Shown here: positions 33,974-43,900 of the stretch, piece by piece
How positions within the stretch are numbered: the first letter of the stretch is position 1
Layout: each line of letters begins with the position of its first letter
NCBI GenBank assembly: GCA_965223845.1
Contig: CBDCXR010000004.1
Coordinates: forward strand, 3,424,001-3,488,000
DNA: 64,000 nucleotides
Reading direction: 5' to 3'
DNA from: Planctomycetota bacterium
GTDB taxonomy: Bacteria; Planctomycetota; UBA8108; SXIK01
Program-made: the position numbers and the translations under genes
Notes under the pieces: generated by a model
Databases searched by the model: none
What the model was told of the DNA's origin: nothing
What the model saw: the letters and a program-made list of their open reading frames with translations, nothing else

Positions 33974-34325
33974 GCGCAGTGAGCAATCGGCAGCGAGTCA
34001 GCCGGCCCGAGGTTCGGCCGTTCCGTACGTAGAAGACACGAGCGGCGAGGAGACACGCGTGACCCGCCGCCGCCAGACAGAAGGCAGAGTATACCAGGCG
34101 GCTCGATCTCGCGCGCGAAGAGGGCCGATTGAATCCCGCTCGAGCAGCGCCTTCTCCCACCGAGATCAAGCGGGCTCAGTCGAAGTCTCGATGGCCGTTC
34201 TCGACGATCCGCGTTCACGAAGACGACGCGAACGCGCACCACTCTCGCTCGATCTCGATCCGCAGTCGCTCGCTCGGGCCCGCCGCCGCTCCGCGGTCGG
34301 AGAGGGCGCACGCCGGCCGAGGCCG

Positions 34326-34922
34326 CTAAACGCGATCGGCGGACGATCCCGGCGCACTGAGATCCGAGTGTCCACGCACGAAACTGAGCCAGCTCGACTT
34401 CGGACGCCCGACGTGGTAGGTGAGCGCGAGATCTGCCGGGGGCTCGGCCGGAGGACGCAGGGTTCGCATCCCCGTCTGCTCGAGCCGGCGATCTGCCTTG
34501 CGGGCATTGCACCGCGTGCACGCGGCGACGCAATTCGTCCACGACGAAGGGCCGCCGTGCGATCGCGGAATCACGTGATCGACGGAGAGCTTGTGGCTCG
34601 GGAATCGCTTCCCGCAGTATTGGCACGTGTGGCGATCGCGACGGAACAGATTCCGTCGCGAGAACGCGACGCGGGGTCGGGCGTAGCGATGGCCGCTCTT
34701 GAGAAGAATGATCTCGGGAACACGGAGCGGCTTCGAGACCGTCTGCACGAATCGCGGGCGATCGATGGCGAGTCGCGCCCACGCCGCGAAGTCGTACGTC
34801 GCGAAGTCGTCACCGATGCAGCGGGCTAGATCCTTGTAGACGAGCACGAGCGCGCGGCGAACGCTGCACACGCGCACCGGGAGCCAGCTACGATTGAGCA
34901 CGAGGGTCGGCTCGCTGAGCAC
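34326..34922 (-). CDS. HNH endonuclease (McrA/COG1403-like)
   Basis: TLVLNRSW, FSRRNLFRRDRHTCQYCG, SVDHVIPRSHGG, WTNCVAACTRCNARK. GTG start at 34922 inferred. Confidence 0.9.
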   Translation of the reverse strand: MLSEPTLVLNRSWLPVRVCSVRRALVLVYKDLARCIGDDFATYDFAAWARLAIDRPRFVQTVSKPLRVPEIILLKSGHRYARPRVAFSRRNLFRRDRHTCQYCGKRFPSHKLSVDHVIPRSHGGPSSWTNCVAACTRCNARKADRRLEQTGMRTLRPPAEPPADLALTYHVGRPKSSWLSFVRGHSDLSAPGSSADRV

Positions 34923-35102
34923 CGAACAATCGATGATTCTTGGGCGGTCCACTGAACGGTATTCTCCGTGGCACACCACCGCCACCGAGGGGAATCGGCA
35001 CGTATCGGTCGATACGAGCCGCCCTCCGGACTCTTCGCGGCGCGAGCGCGCCCTCGGGGCTCTTCGCGACACGAACGCGATGGTGCGACCTCTCGACGCG
35101 CA

Positions 35103-35243
35103 GCGTAGCCACCCGATCGGCCTCCGAAGCGGTTTGTTCGGATTGCGCCCGATCTGAGCTGAGGCGAGGACCAGTCCGGCTGCGAGGTCGACGGAGCCGT
35201 CGAACCGTGCCGAATGGGCGCACCGCGTTCGGAGGCGCTACAC
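35103..35243 (-). ncRNA. Candidate structured RNA element upstream of the HNH gene (unassigned)
   Basis: Nested inverted repeats on + strand: GCGTAGC/GCTACAC, GCCTCCGAA (35120-35128)/TTCGGAGGC (35228-35236), GCGGT/ACCGC, GCGCCC/GGGCGC, with inner hairpin TCGACGG-AG-CCGTCGA. Strand and expression unproven. Confidence 0.35.
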
Positions 35244-35676
35244 TCTTACGAGCGTCTCGTACCCGTCCGGTTCTCGTTCCAACTCCGACGGAAGGTCTTC
35301 GATGGCAGAGCGGAACGAACCACCTTGGCGAGGCAGTCAGACGCTACGCGTACCTGGTTATTCTTGCTTTCGCTCGCGAGCCGGGCAAGCAAAACGTCGA
35401 AGCCGAGCGTCGCGACAAAGCACCAAAGCGGAGCGGCGGCACACGAACGGCGGACGTGATGCGTCGAGTCGAACACCGTGTTCTCGGCTCGAACCGAATT
35501 CGCTCGCTTTTTCCCTGCCTTTCTCCTAAGAGGCTGTGTCAACGTGCTCCACTCGGCCGACGTCCGAGCGAGAGACTCCCGCGAGGGAAAGCTTCCCGGC
35601 GACCGAATCCGGTGTCGCGGACGAGACGAAACTCGTCCGCTCGAGGGTAGCGCCCTGTTCAGCCGACCGCTTCGCG

Positions 35677-37248
35677 ATGCCCTCTGAATTCTCCTCCTCT
35701 ACTCTTCATGCGCCGCACGATCCGAGGCCGCCCTCGGCGGTGCGCCGCGGCGCGGTCCCTCGCCCGGTCTTCCTCGGCGGACTGATCTCCGCGCTCCTCT
35801 GCGCGCTCGTCTTCGACCTCGATCAGTACGACGCCGTTGCGTGGGCGGCGCTCCTTCCGCTTCTCGTCTCGCTCGACCGAAACGTTCACCGACCGGCGCG
35901 ACGCTTCCTTCACGGGGCGAGCTTCGGACTCTTCCTCGCGCTCTGGCACCAAGGTTGGTTCTTCCGGGCGCTCTCCGGCGGGAGCTCCGATCCCGCGGCA
36001 TCCTCACAGGTCGAGGCCGCGCTGGGCGCCGCGCTCTACTGGAGCGCAGCCAGCGCGTTCTACGGTGCGCTCGGACTCGCGGTCGGCCCGATCCTTCGCT
36101 GGCGGAGCACCGTCGCCGTTCTCGTCTCCATCCCGACGCTTTGGTGGGGCCTCGAGGTCGCACGTGCGGAGATCGTCTCGTCCGGTATGTCTGCGATCGC
36201 CGACTGGGTCTCGCTCGGGTACGCGATCGGTCGAGGACACGGCGGGGCGCAGATCGCCGCAGTCGTCGGCGTTCACGGCCTCAGTGCCGCGCTCGTCCTG
36301 TGCTCGACGGCGCTTCTCCTTGCGCTCCGCTCGCGGCGGGCGATGACTCAGGCCCTCTACTGCGCCGTCGCGCTCAGCGTCGCCGTCGGAGTCGAAGTCG
36401 GGGGCCGCGTCTCCCTCATGCGGGCCGAGGAAAACACGGCGATCCGAGCCGATGTGGGCATCGTGTCGCAGACGTCGACGACCGCGGCCTTTCTCCTCGA
36501 GTTCGCGAACGCAGTCGCAGCGAGCACCCCCGAGCTGATCCTCTGGCCACAGGTCGTTCTCGAGGATCTCGAGTCCGCGAATGTCGACCCGGTCGCGGGC
36601 GGTGACGCGAGAGTACGCATCGATGTCGAGGGATTCCTCGCGCAGCTCGCTTCGGCGTGGACGAACGAAGCTCCCGAACGCGGCGATCGCCCCGGTCGAG
36701 TGCTTCTCACGGGAGACGGCCGCCTGATCGCGAGCTATCGTTCTCCCCCGGCAGGGGATTCCGATCCGGCGCCGCCGGACGCTTCGTCCGCGCCGCAAGA
36801 CGCCGACGTCTACGCCGCGGCGAACGGCACGTTTTCGCTCGGCGACGGCACGGAGTTCTGCACGGCGAAGAGCGCGCGCGAGCGAACGAAGCGCGGGGCG
36901 CAGCTCCTCGTCGGCGCGGGCCCGACGTCCCCCGCGTGGGGACGTCGCGGCCATCGCCAGTGGACGAACGCGCTCTCGTATCGCGCGATCGAGAACCGGC
37001 GTTGGCTCAGCTTCGTGAGTCCGACGGGAGGTGGAGTCGTCGACGCGTACGGAAACGTGGCGCTCGATCTCCCCTACGGCTTCGACAGCGCCGCGGTCGA
37101 AACCATCGCGTTCCGATCGAGCACGAGCTTTTACACGCGGCACGGCGCGACGCTCGAGGCCGCCGTCCGCGGAGGCGCGGCCGTCGTCGTCCTCATCGCG
37201 ATCGTCTCCGCGTGGCGTCGAAGGCGAGCCGCGCCGGCGGAAGGCTAA
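35677..37248 (+). CDS. Apolipoprotein N-acyltransferase (Lnt)-like membrane protein with degenerate catalytic motifs
   Basis: AWAALLPLL, multiple TMs, WVSLGY, QIAAVVGVHGLS, ILWPQ, GAQLLV, RAIENRR, VVDAYG, SFYTRHG. Confidence 0.78.
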   Translation: MPSEFSSSTLHAPHDPRPPSAVRRGAVPRPVFLGGLISALLCALVFDLDQYDAVAWAALLPLLVSLDRNVHRPARRFLHGASFGLFLALWHQGWFFRALSGGSSDPAASSQVEAALGAALYWSAASAFYGALGLAVGPILRWRSTVAVLVSIPTLWWGLEVARAEIVSSGMSAIADWVSLGYAIGRGHGGAQIAAVVGVHGLSAALVLCSTALLLALRSRRAMTQALYCAVALSVAVGVEVGGRVSLMRAEENTAIRADVGIVSQTSTTAAFLLEFANAVAASTPELILWPQVVLEDLESANVDPVAGGDARVRIDVEGFLAQLASAWTNEAPERGDRPGRVLLTGDGRLIASYRSPPAGDSDPAPPDASSAPQDADVYAAANGTFSLGDGTEFCTAKSARERTKRGAQLLVGAGPTSPAWGRRGHRQWTNALSYRAIENRRWLSFVSPTGGGVVDAYGNVALDLPYGFDSAAVETIAFRSSTSFYTRHGATLEAAVRGGAAVVVLIAIVSAWRRRRAAPAEG

Positions 37249-37317
37249 GACCGAATCGATCTTCGTCGAACGCCATTCCGGCGGGCCGCCCGGCCGTCAC
37301 GGCGGCGCTTCTTCTCG

Positions 37318-37626
37318 CTACCGCCAGTGATCGGGTCGATCCTCCGGACGAGCCTCCGGACTCTCGCGCAGCCGGCGCTCGAAGTCCGCGAGCGCGTCGG
37401 TCTTTTCGCTCGATTCTTCCGCCACGCGCCGGTCGAACGCGTCCGTGTCGGGGGCGCGCAGCGCCTCGGCGAACGGATCGAACTCGATCTTCGACGCGTG
37501 CACACTGCCGTCCTCCAGACGAAGCTCGAGATACGTCCCCTCTCCCCAATCGAGTTGATCGAGCATCGCCTGCGGAATCTTCACCGCTCCGCTCTCGTCA
37601 ATTCGTACACGCTTACCGTCGGTCAT
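37318..37626 (-). CDS. AbrB/MazE/SpoVT family DNA-binding protein
   Basis: VRIDESGAVKIPQAMLDQLDWGEGTYLELRLEDG swapped-hairpin pattern. Confidence 0.72.
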   Translation of the reverse strand: MTDGKRVRIDESGAVKIPQAMLDQLDWGEGTYLELRLEDGSVHASKIEFDPFAEALRAPDTDAFDRRVAEESSEKTDALADFERRLRESPEARPEDRPDHWR

Positions 37627-37634
37627 GCCTCGCC

Positions 37635-38600
37635 TCACTGAACTCTACCTTCCGTGATCGAGAGAAACGCATCCTCGAGTCGGACGTTCTGTCGCGCGAG
37701 GTACGTCAGCGTGTGATCCTCGGCCACGAGGAGACGCGCGATGACTCCTTCGTCGACTCCGGCCCGGAGGTGGACGAAGATCGACTCGCCTTCGACGTCC
37801 GCGGACTCGATGTCATCGGAGCCGCGGAGGACCTCGGCCGCTTCCTCGTGGCGTCGCGATACCCGCACCTCGTACGGCACCGTGCTCTGGAGCTGGTCGA
37901 GAGCCGTCGCCATGTCGCCCGCGTAGAGGAGCTTTCCCTGCTCGATGATCCCGATCTGATCGCAGAGCTGCTCGAGGTCGGCGAGGATGTGGGAAGAGAC
38001 GATGATCGTTTTGCCCATGTTCGCGAGCTCGCGGAGGAGCTCACGGATCTCTACGCGAGCACGCGGATCGAGCCCCGAGGCGGGCTCGTCGAGCAGAAGG
38101 ACCTTCGGGTCGTGAATGAGCGAGCGCGCGAGCCCGAGCCGCTGCTGCATTCCCCGGGAGAGCGAAGTGACGAGCGTGCGCCGCTTGTCTCCGAGATCCG
38201 TGAGCGCGAGCAGATCGTCGATCAGCGTGCGGCGCTTTTCGGGCGCTATGCGATACGTCGCGCCGAAGAAGTCGAGGTACTCCTCGGTGGTGAGACCGTG
38301 GTAGACGCCGAGAAAATCGGGCATGTAGCCGATCGTGCGCCGGACCGCTCGCGGATGGACCGCCGCGGCGTGCCCCCCGACCCGGATTCGCCCCGCATCG
38401 GGACGCAGAAGCGTCGCGATGAGCTTCAGCGTCGTCGTCTTCCCCGCGCCGTTCGGCCCGATGAAGCCAAAAATCTCGCCGGGGTAGATCTCGAAGTCGA
38501 TGTTGTCGACGGCGACGAGGTCGCCGAAGCGCTTGGTGACGCCGTCGATCGAGACGATGGGCTCTTCGTTGTCGCGCCTTCGCGCTGTTTGTTCCGCCAT
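37635..38600 (-). CDS. ABC transporter ATP-binding protein (ABC-2/multidrug type)
   Basis: GPNGAGKTT, LSRGMQQR, LLLDEPASGLDP, SSHIL. Confidence 0.96.
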   Translation of the reverse strand: MAEQTARRRDNEEPIVSIDGVTKRFGDLVAVDNIDFEIYPGEIFGFIGPNGAGKTTTLKLIATLLRPDAGRIRVGGHAAAVHPRAVRRTIGYMPDFLGVYHGLTTEEYLDFFGATYRIAPEKRRTLIDDLLALTDLGDKRRTLVTSLSRGMQQRLGLARSLIHDPKVLLLDEPASGLDPRARVEIRELLRELANMGKTIIVSSHILADLEQLCDQIGIIEQGKLLYAGDMATALDQLQSTVPYEVRVSRRHEEAAEVLRGSDDIESADVEGESIFVHLRAGVDEGVIARLLVAEDHTLTYLARQNVRLEDAFLSITEGRVQ

Positions 38601-38717
38601 GGCAATTCGAGTTCGTAGGTCCTATCCGCTAGCTCTCTCGTTCACTTGTCGACGCGCAGACCACGGAGGTCGAGCTCGCGGCCGCGGCGGCGAGCACCGT
38701 GGTTCCCGGTGCCGTTT

Positions 38718-40673
38718 CTAGGGTTCCTCCACCAACGCGGCGCCGATTTCGAGAGAGCTCCTGACGACCGTGATGCCTTGCGGCACGGGCGAGCGCTCGC
38801 GCACCCGGAGCGTAGGCCACGGCTCGGCGATCACCGCCGCTACGTAGCGCGCTCGAGAGCCACGCGAACGCGGGTCTTCGTAGTAGCGACTCGCATCCCA
38901 TCGCGCCACGCTTCGTGCGCGGACCCCTCCCGCGGCGCTCCACGCACCGGCCTCGAGCCGCGTCGGCTCGCCCGCGAGCGAAAGCTCGAGGACTCCACCG
39001 GCGAGCTGGCGAACGTCGTCGGGTGGGAATTCGTAGACGTCGCCGTCCACGACGACGAACCAGAGGATCGGGTCACGCGAGAGATTCGCCGCGACCTGGA
39101 CCCGCGCGAGCGCTCCGCTCGCGTCGGGGACGATGCGAGCGTTCGTCAACATGCGCTCGGGACGCCACTCGACGCGATAACGATGGTGCGACCAAATGTA
39201 CATCTTCTGCCGCAGCGCGCCGGGAGCGACATCGTCGTCGTAGGTGACGGTTCCCGTTTCCCGCGACGGCGGCCAGACGAATCCCGATTCGACTTCGGGA
39301 AAAAGCGTCCACTCGTGATTCGCATCCGAGTAGACCGCGGCGATGCTCGTACCGAGGACGCCGCCGGGGGCGGTCGAGACGTGGTCGATCCACGTCGCCT
39401 CGCGGTACTCCACCGCGCCGATACGCCCGCGCCCGAGAGCCCACGCCGCGACGCTGAAGAGAATCACCGCCGCGGGGAACGTCACCCAAGTGAGACGCGG
39501 CCGCCCCAGGCGCCGGACGAGCCAAAGGTCGAATGGCGCGATCACGAAGAGATACACCGCAAGGAACACCATGAACCATCCGACGGAGGTACGTTGTTTT
39601 TCCCCCGACGTGACGTAACGCGTCGGGTCGGCAGAGGACGACGGCGCGTGCGCCCGGAACACGGAACCGAAATCACGGGGCGCGAGGAGCTCGGTGAGCA
39701 CGCGCGTCCGCTGCGGCCACCGCTTGTCTCGCGGCAGAGACGCCGGATCGAATCCGAACACGAACACCTCGCCGGCTCCCTCCGGTCGGCGGAAAAGAAG
39801 CGCCGGGAATTCGTCCTCGCCTTCGCCGCCGCCTCCCGCGGGCGGAAACACTCGCTCGAAGCCGGCTGGGGGCGCCGCCACCGTGAGTCCATCTTCGCTC
39901 CTCGCGGGCTTCGACAGATCCACCTTCGGTCCGTCGAGGGCTTCGGTGAGATACGCGAGGAGACGCGGCTCCTGTCGAGATCCGCTCACGCGGAGCGGAC
40001 CGAGGGGGTGATCGGGCGGAAGGATCGCGGGTGCGCTGCCCTCGAGCGCCGGAATGAAGAGCGCGCCTCCCCGTCGCACCCAAGTTGCGAGCGCACGGAG
40101 CGAACGTCCTTGGAGTTGCTCCCACGCTCTCGGGTAGATGACGATCCCATCGAGCCCGTCGAATCCGAGCGGTGAGTCCGGAACATCCATGAATCCGAGG
40201 CTCGGCATGGTCGCCTGGGGGAACTCGAGCGACGGCCCGCCGACCACCGGAACGAAAAAGCGCCGCGGCGTCTCGTACGTCATCAGATCGCCGGTGTGAA
40301 TCTGTTCGCCGCCGGCGTAAATCTCGAGCCGCGGAAACCGACTGGGGAGCACATCGGTGAACGGCTCGGTGTAGAGAAACACCTGCTTTTTCGTTTGCCG
40401 CGGCAGCTCGACGCGCCGGCGCACACTCGGTGTGCCGATGATCCGAAGCTCGACCTCGCGGTCCGTCCCGTCCCCTTCGAGCGTAATCTTGACGGGCGTC
40501 AGCGCCTCGCCTCGCGCGATGCGGTTGAAGCCGTGCTGGATCTCGAACGAGATGTCCGCTCGGAGCGGCGCGAGGGCGAGACAAGTCCACACCAGCACCC
40601 CGATCGCCGCCGCGAATCGCGCCTTACGCCCTCCGCCGAGTTGCCGACGATCGCCCCTCCGCTCGGTCCGCAT
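38718..40673 (-). CDS. Large membrane protein, putative ABC-associated component
   Basis: Signal peptide, extracytoplasmic domain (DGLDGIVI...WVRRGGAL), two TMs (YLFVIAPFDLWLVRR...WVTFPA), C-terminal domain. Start uncertain. Confidence 0.7.
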   Translation of the reverse strand: MRTERRGDRRQLGGGRKARFAAAIGVLVWTCLALAPLRADISFEIQHGFNRIARGEALTPVKITLEGDGTDREVELRIIGTPSVRRRVELPRQTKKQVFLYTEPFTDVLPSRFPRLEIYAGGEQIHTGDLMTYETPRRFFVPVVGGPSLEFPQATMPSLGFMDVPDSPLGFDGLDGIVIYPRAWEQLQGRSLRALATWVRRGGALFIPALEGSAPAILPPDHPLGPLRVSGSRQEPRLLAYLTEALDGPKVDLSKPARSEDGLTVAAPPAGFERVFPPAGGGGEGEDEFPALLFRRPEGAGEVFVFGFDPASLPRDKRWPQRTRVLTELLAPRDFGSVFRAHAPSSSADPTRYVTSGEKQRTSVGWFMVFLAVYLFVIAPFDLWLVRRLGRPRLTWVTFPAAVILFSVAAWALGRGRIGAVEYREATWIDHVSTAPGGVLGTSIAAVYSDANHEWTLFPEVESGFVWPPSRETGTVTYDDDVAPGALRQKMYIWSHHRYRVEWRPERMLTNARIVPDASGALARVQVAANLSRDPILWFVVVDGDVYEFPPDDVRQLAGGVLELSLAGEPTRLEAGAWSAAGGVRARSVARWDASRYYEDPRSRGSRARYVAAVIAEPWPTLRVRERSPVPQGITVVRSSLEIGAALVEEP

Positions 40674-40892
40674 CGACTGAAAGCCCGCCTTAGAAAATCG
40701 TACGATGAAGTGCTTAGCCGCCGTCGTCCGCGACGCTTCGGTCGGCACGTCCCCTCGGGGCAATCCGTGAACTAGGATCGCGGTGGGCGTCCAGATTCTA
40801 CCGTCGCCCCTCGGGGAAGGTGAGCCCGTTTCGGACACGTCGACCACGAGACGCACGAGCCGGACGACCGAACACTAGCCGCGAGACCATCG

Positions 40893-40922
40893 TTGACGGC
40901 AGTGAATCGCGAGCCGTAGCAT
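40893..40922 (+). promoter_or_regulatory. Candidate sigma-70 promoter
   Basis: TTGACG-N18-TAGCAT about 75 bp upstream of ATG 40998. Confidence 0.4.
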
Positions 40923-40997
40923 CCAAATTAGACGCAATTCCTCGGGTCTTCTCGCGCGCGAGAGGATCCGGCTGAGGTCTACGGAAAGGGGGATTCC

Positions 40998-43900
40998 ATG
41001 CCTAGATCAACTCACGCCGCCGCGAGTCTCGCGCTTCTCGCCGCGCTCGCCCTCGGCTCCATTGCCGAAGCGCAGGTCGGACCGTTCCAGCGGGGCGATG
41101 CCAACGCCGACGGAAGCGTCAATATCGCCGACCCGCTCTACGTGTTAGGTGCGCTGTTCGAAAGCGGAAGATCGATCTCCTGTAACGTCGCTGCCGACGC
41201 CAACGACGACGATCGCGTCGACGTCTCCGACGCGGTCTACGAGCTGAACTTTCTCTTCGCCGACGGCCGGCCGATTCCGCCGCCGGAGAGCTGCGATTTC
41301 GATCCGACTCCGGGAAAGCTCGGCTGCGTGATCTACGCGCCGTGCATCGCGACCCAGCCCCCCGAGCCCGGTCAGATCTACTTCGAGACGCCGAGCGCTG
41401 GCGGCGCGTTCTTCCGCGGCGGGTTTTTCGGCGCCGACGACGCGGTCGATGCACCCGCGGCCGGCGGAGCCCCCCCACCCGCGCCGGCGCCGGCCGAGGC
41501 GGACACGACAGAGTCCGAGCCGGAGCGGACGATCGAAGAGGCCGACCTCTACCGGATCGACGGCGAACACCTCTACGCGCTCAATCGCTACCGCGGGCTT
41601 CAGATCCTCGACATCTCCGACCGCGACGACCCGCAGCTGCTCGGCAGCGCGCCGATCTACGGCCATCCCCGCGAGATGTACGTCCGCGGTACGACCGCGT
41701 ACGTGATCGTGAGCGACTACTTCGACTACTGGCGCGCGGAGGATGCCCTCACCACGCCCCGCGGCTTTTACGGCAGCCAACTTCGCGTCGTCGACGTCTC
41801 GGACGTCACGGCGCCCGAGGTCATCGGCGCGATCGATCTGCGCGGCGATCTCAGCGACTCGCGCATCGTCGGCGACGTCATGTACCTGGTTTCGAATCGC
41901 TTCCCGTGGTACGGCGGCTACGGCACGGACGACACCGAGGACAAGACGGAGATCATCTCTGTCAGCATCGGTGACCCGTCGAGCATCGCCGTCATCGACA
42001 CGCAGGACTTCCCCCGCAACGGCTGGGCTCACCACATCGAGGTCACCGCCGACACGATCTACCTCGCGGCGTCGCAGTGGGATCAGACGAGTCGGCGCTA
42101 TCGCTCGACGGTCCGTCTGATCGACATCCGCGACGCGAGTGGGATCATTCACGTCGGCGGAGAGGTCGACGTTCCCGGACTGGTCCCGGATCGCTGGTCG
42201 ATGAACGAGTACGACGGCGTCCTCCGCGTCGCCTCGACCGAGTCCTGGGGGAACGGCGACGTCTACCTGAACACCTACGCGGTGTCGGATCGGGACCGAC
42301 CGACCCACCTCGGAGGCTACACGCTCAAGATCAACGAGCGCCTCACGGCGGCTCGTTTCGACGGCTCGCGCGGCTATCTCGTCACCTACCGAAACATCGA
42401 TCCGCTCTTCGTCTTCGACCTGACCGACGCATCGGAACCGCGTCTCCTCGGCGAGCTCGAGATGACCGGTTGGCTCGACTTCATGGTCCCGCTCGGCGAC
42501 CGGATCGTCGCACTCGGCCACGAGGATCTCGTCGACGAAGAGACGGGGCGCCGCGAGATCTCGCTCGCGGTCTCGCTCGTCGACGTGTCCGATCTCACGA
42601 AGCCCACCCTGCTGTCGCGGGTCACGCTCGACGAGCTCTGGGCGTGGGTACCGGGCGACCGCGACGACTTCGCGAAGGTCTTTAAGACGCTCGCGGCTCA
42701 GGGCCTGATCCTCTTTCCGTTCCGCGGCTGGAACCGCGAGACCTACTCGCACTCCGGTGGCGTCCAGCTCATCGACCTCGGTCGCGACGAGCTCACGAAG
42801 CGCGGTCTGATCACCGGGGGAGGCGACGTCCAGCGGGCCATCCCGCACGAGGAGACGACCGTCTTTACCCTTTCGCACGAAATGTTCCAGGTCGTCGACA
42901 TCACCGACCGCGACGAACCGGAACTCCTCGGCAGCGTCGAGCTCGCGCGCAACGTCCAGGAGCTCTACGTGCTCGCTGACGGCGAGCACACAGTGCAGCT
43001 CGTCGGCAACTGGTACCTCGGCGACACACGGCTGATCGTGACGACGGTCGACGAGCCGAACGCTACCGAGCCGCTCGCCTCCTTGAAGCTCCCCGCCCCG
43101 TACGGTCGTCTGTTCGTCTCGGGCGACTTCGTGTACGTCGCAAGCGTGCGCAACGACCTCGTCGGCGACGGTCACGAGCCGCGCACACACGTGCAGGTGG
43201 TCGACGTGAGCGATCCGCTCGCGCCGCGGCTCCGCGGCGGCGTCACGCTTCCCGAATCGATCTGGCTCGGGTTCCGCGATTGGTATTGGGGCGGCGGCGA
43301 CGAGGTCGTCCTCGCCGGTGAGTCGACGCTCGTCTTCCATCGCTTCGAATACGCGTGGTGGGGACCGTGCTTCGCGTGCGATTTCATCGGTCCCGTCGCA
43401 CCGTCGACGACGAGCCACCGGATGCACGTCGTCGATCTCAGCGACCCGGACGCACCCGAAGTGGCGTCGACGATCCGCCTCGACGACGTCCACTGGGCGT
43501 GGGGACTCCGCGCGAATGGAAACGAGATCTTCCTCACGAGCTCCGTCTCCTTTGCGCGGGTCGATCTCTGGTTCGATCGCTTTCTCCTCCACCGCTTCGA
43601 CTTGACCGATCCTTCCGATCCGGTGGAGCACGCTCCCGTCAACATTCCCGGGCAACTCGTCGGCATCGATTCGGATGGGCGGACGATCCACACGCTCGAG
43701 TCGCGCTGGCTGTCCATCGAGGCGCGGAATGAGGAGCGACTCCACAGCCTCCGGCTCGAAGGCGAGAACGCGGTGCTCCTCGGGTCCGTCGTTCTCCCCG
43801 GGACGTCGACCGGCGTCGTCGTCCGCGACGAGGCCGCGTTCGTCGCGACGACACGCAACTCTCAGATCGACGGCCGGTGGCGCGGAATCGCGGAACTGAA

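Noticed and set aside
34326-34922. IscB/Cas9-like RNA-guided nuclease
   Set aside because: About 198 aa, with no PLMP, RuvC or bridge-helix motifs; only a stand-alone HNH.
35484-35500. tRNA T-arm-like TTCGG-TTCGAG-CCGAG on the minus strand
   Set aside because: 6-nt loop and no acceptor, D or anticodon arms can be built around it.
37318-37626. Toxin-antitoxin module
   Set aside because: AbrB-like gene has no neighbouring toxin ORF; the next gene is convergent.
41145-43745. Long antisense or alternative-frame ORFs (also 21548-23590, 11742-13412, 27366-29111, 36657-38618, 58714-60480)
   Set aside because: Shadows of real genes caused by high GC3 codon bias; no independent motifs.
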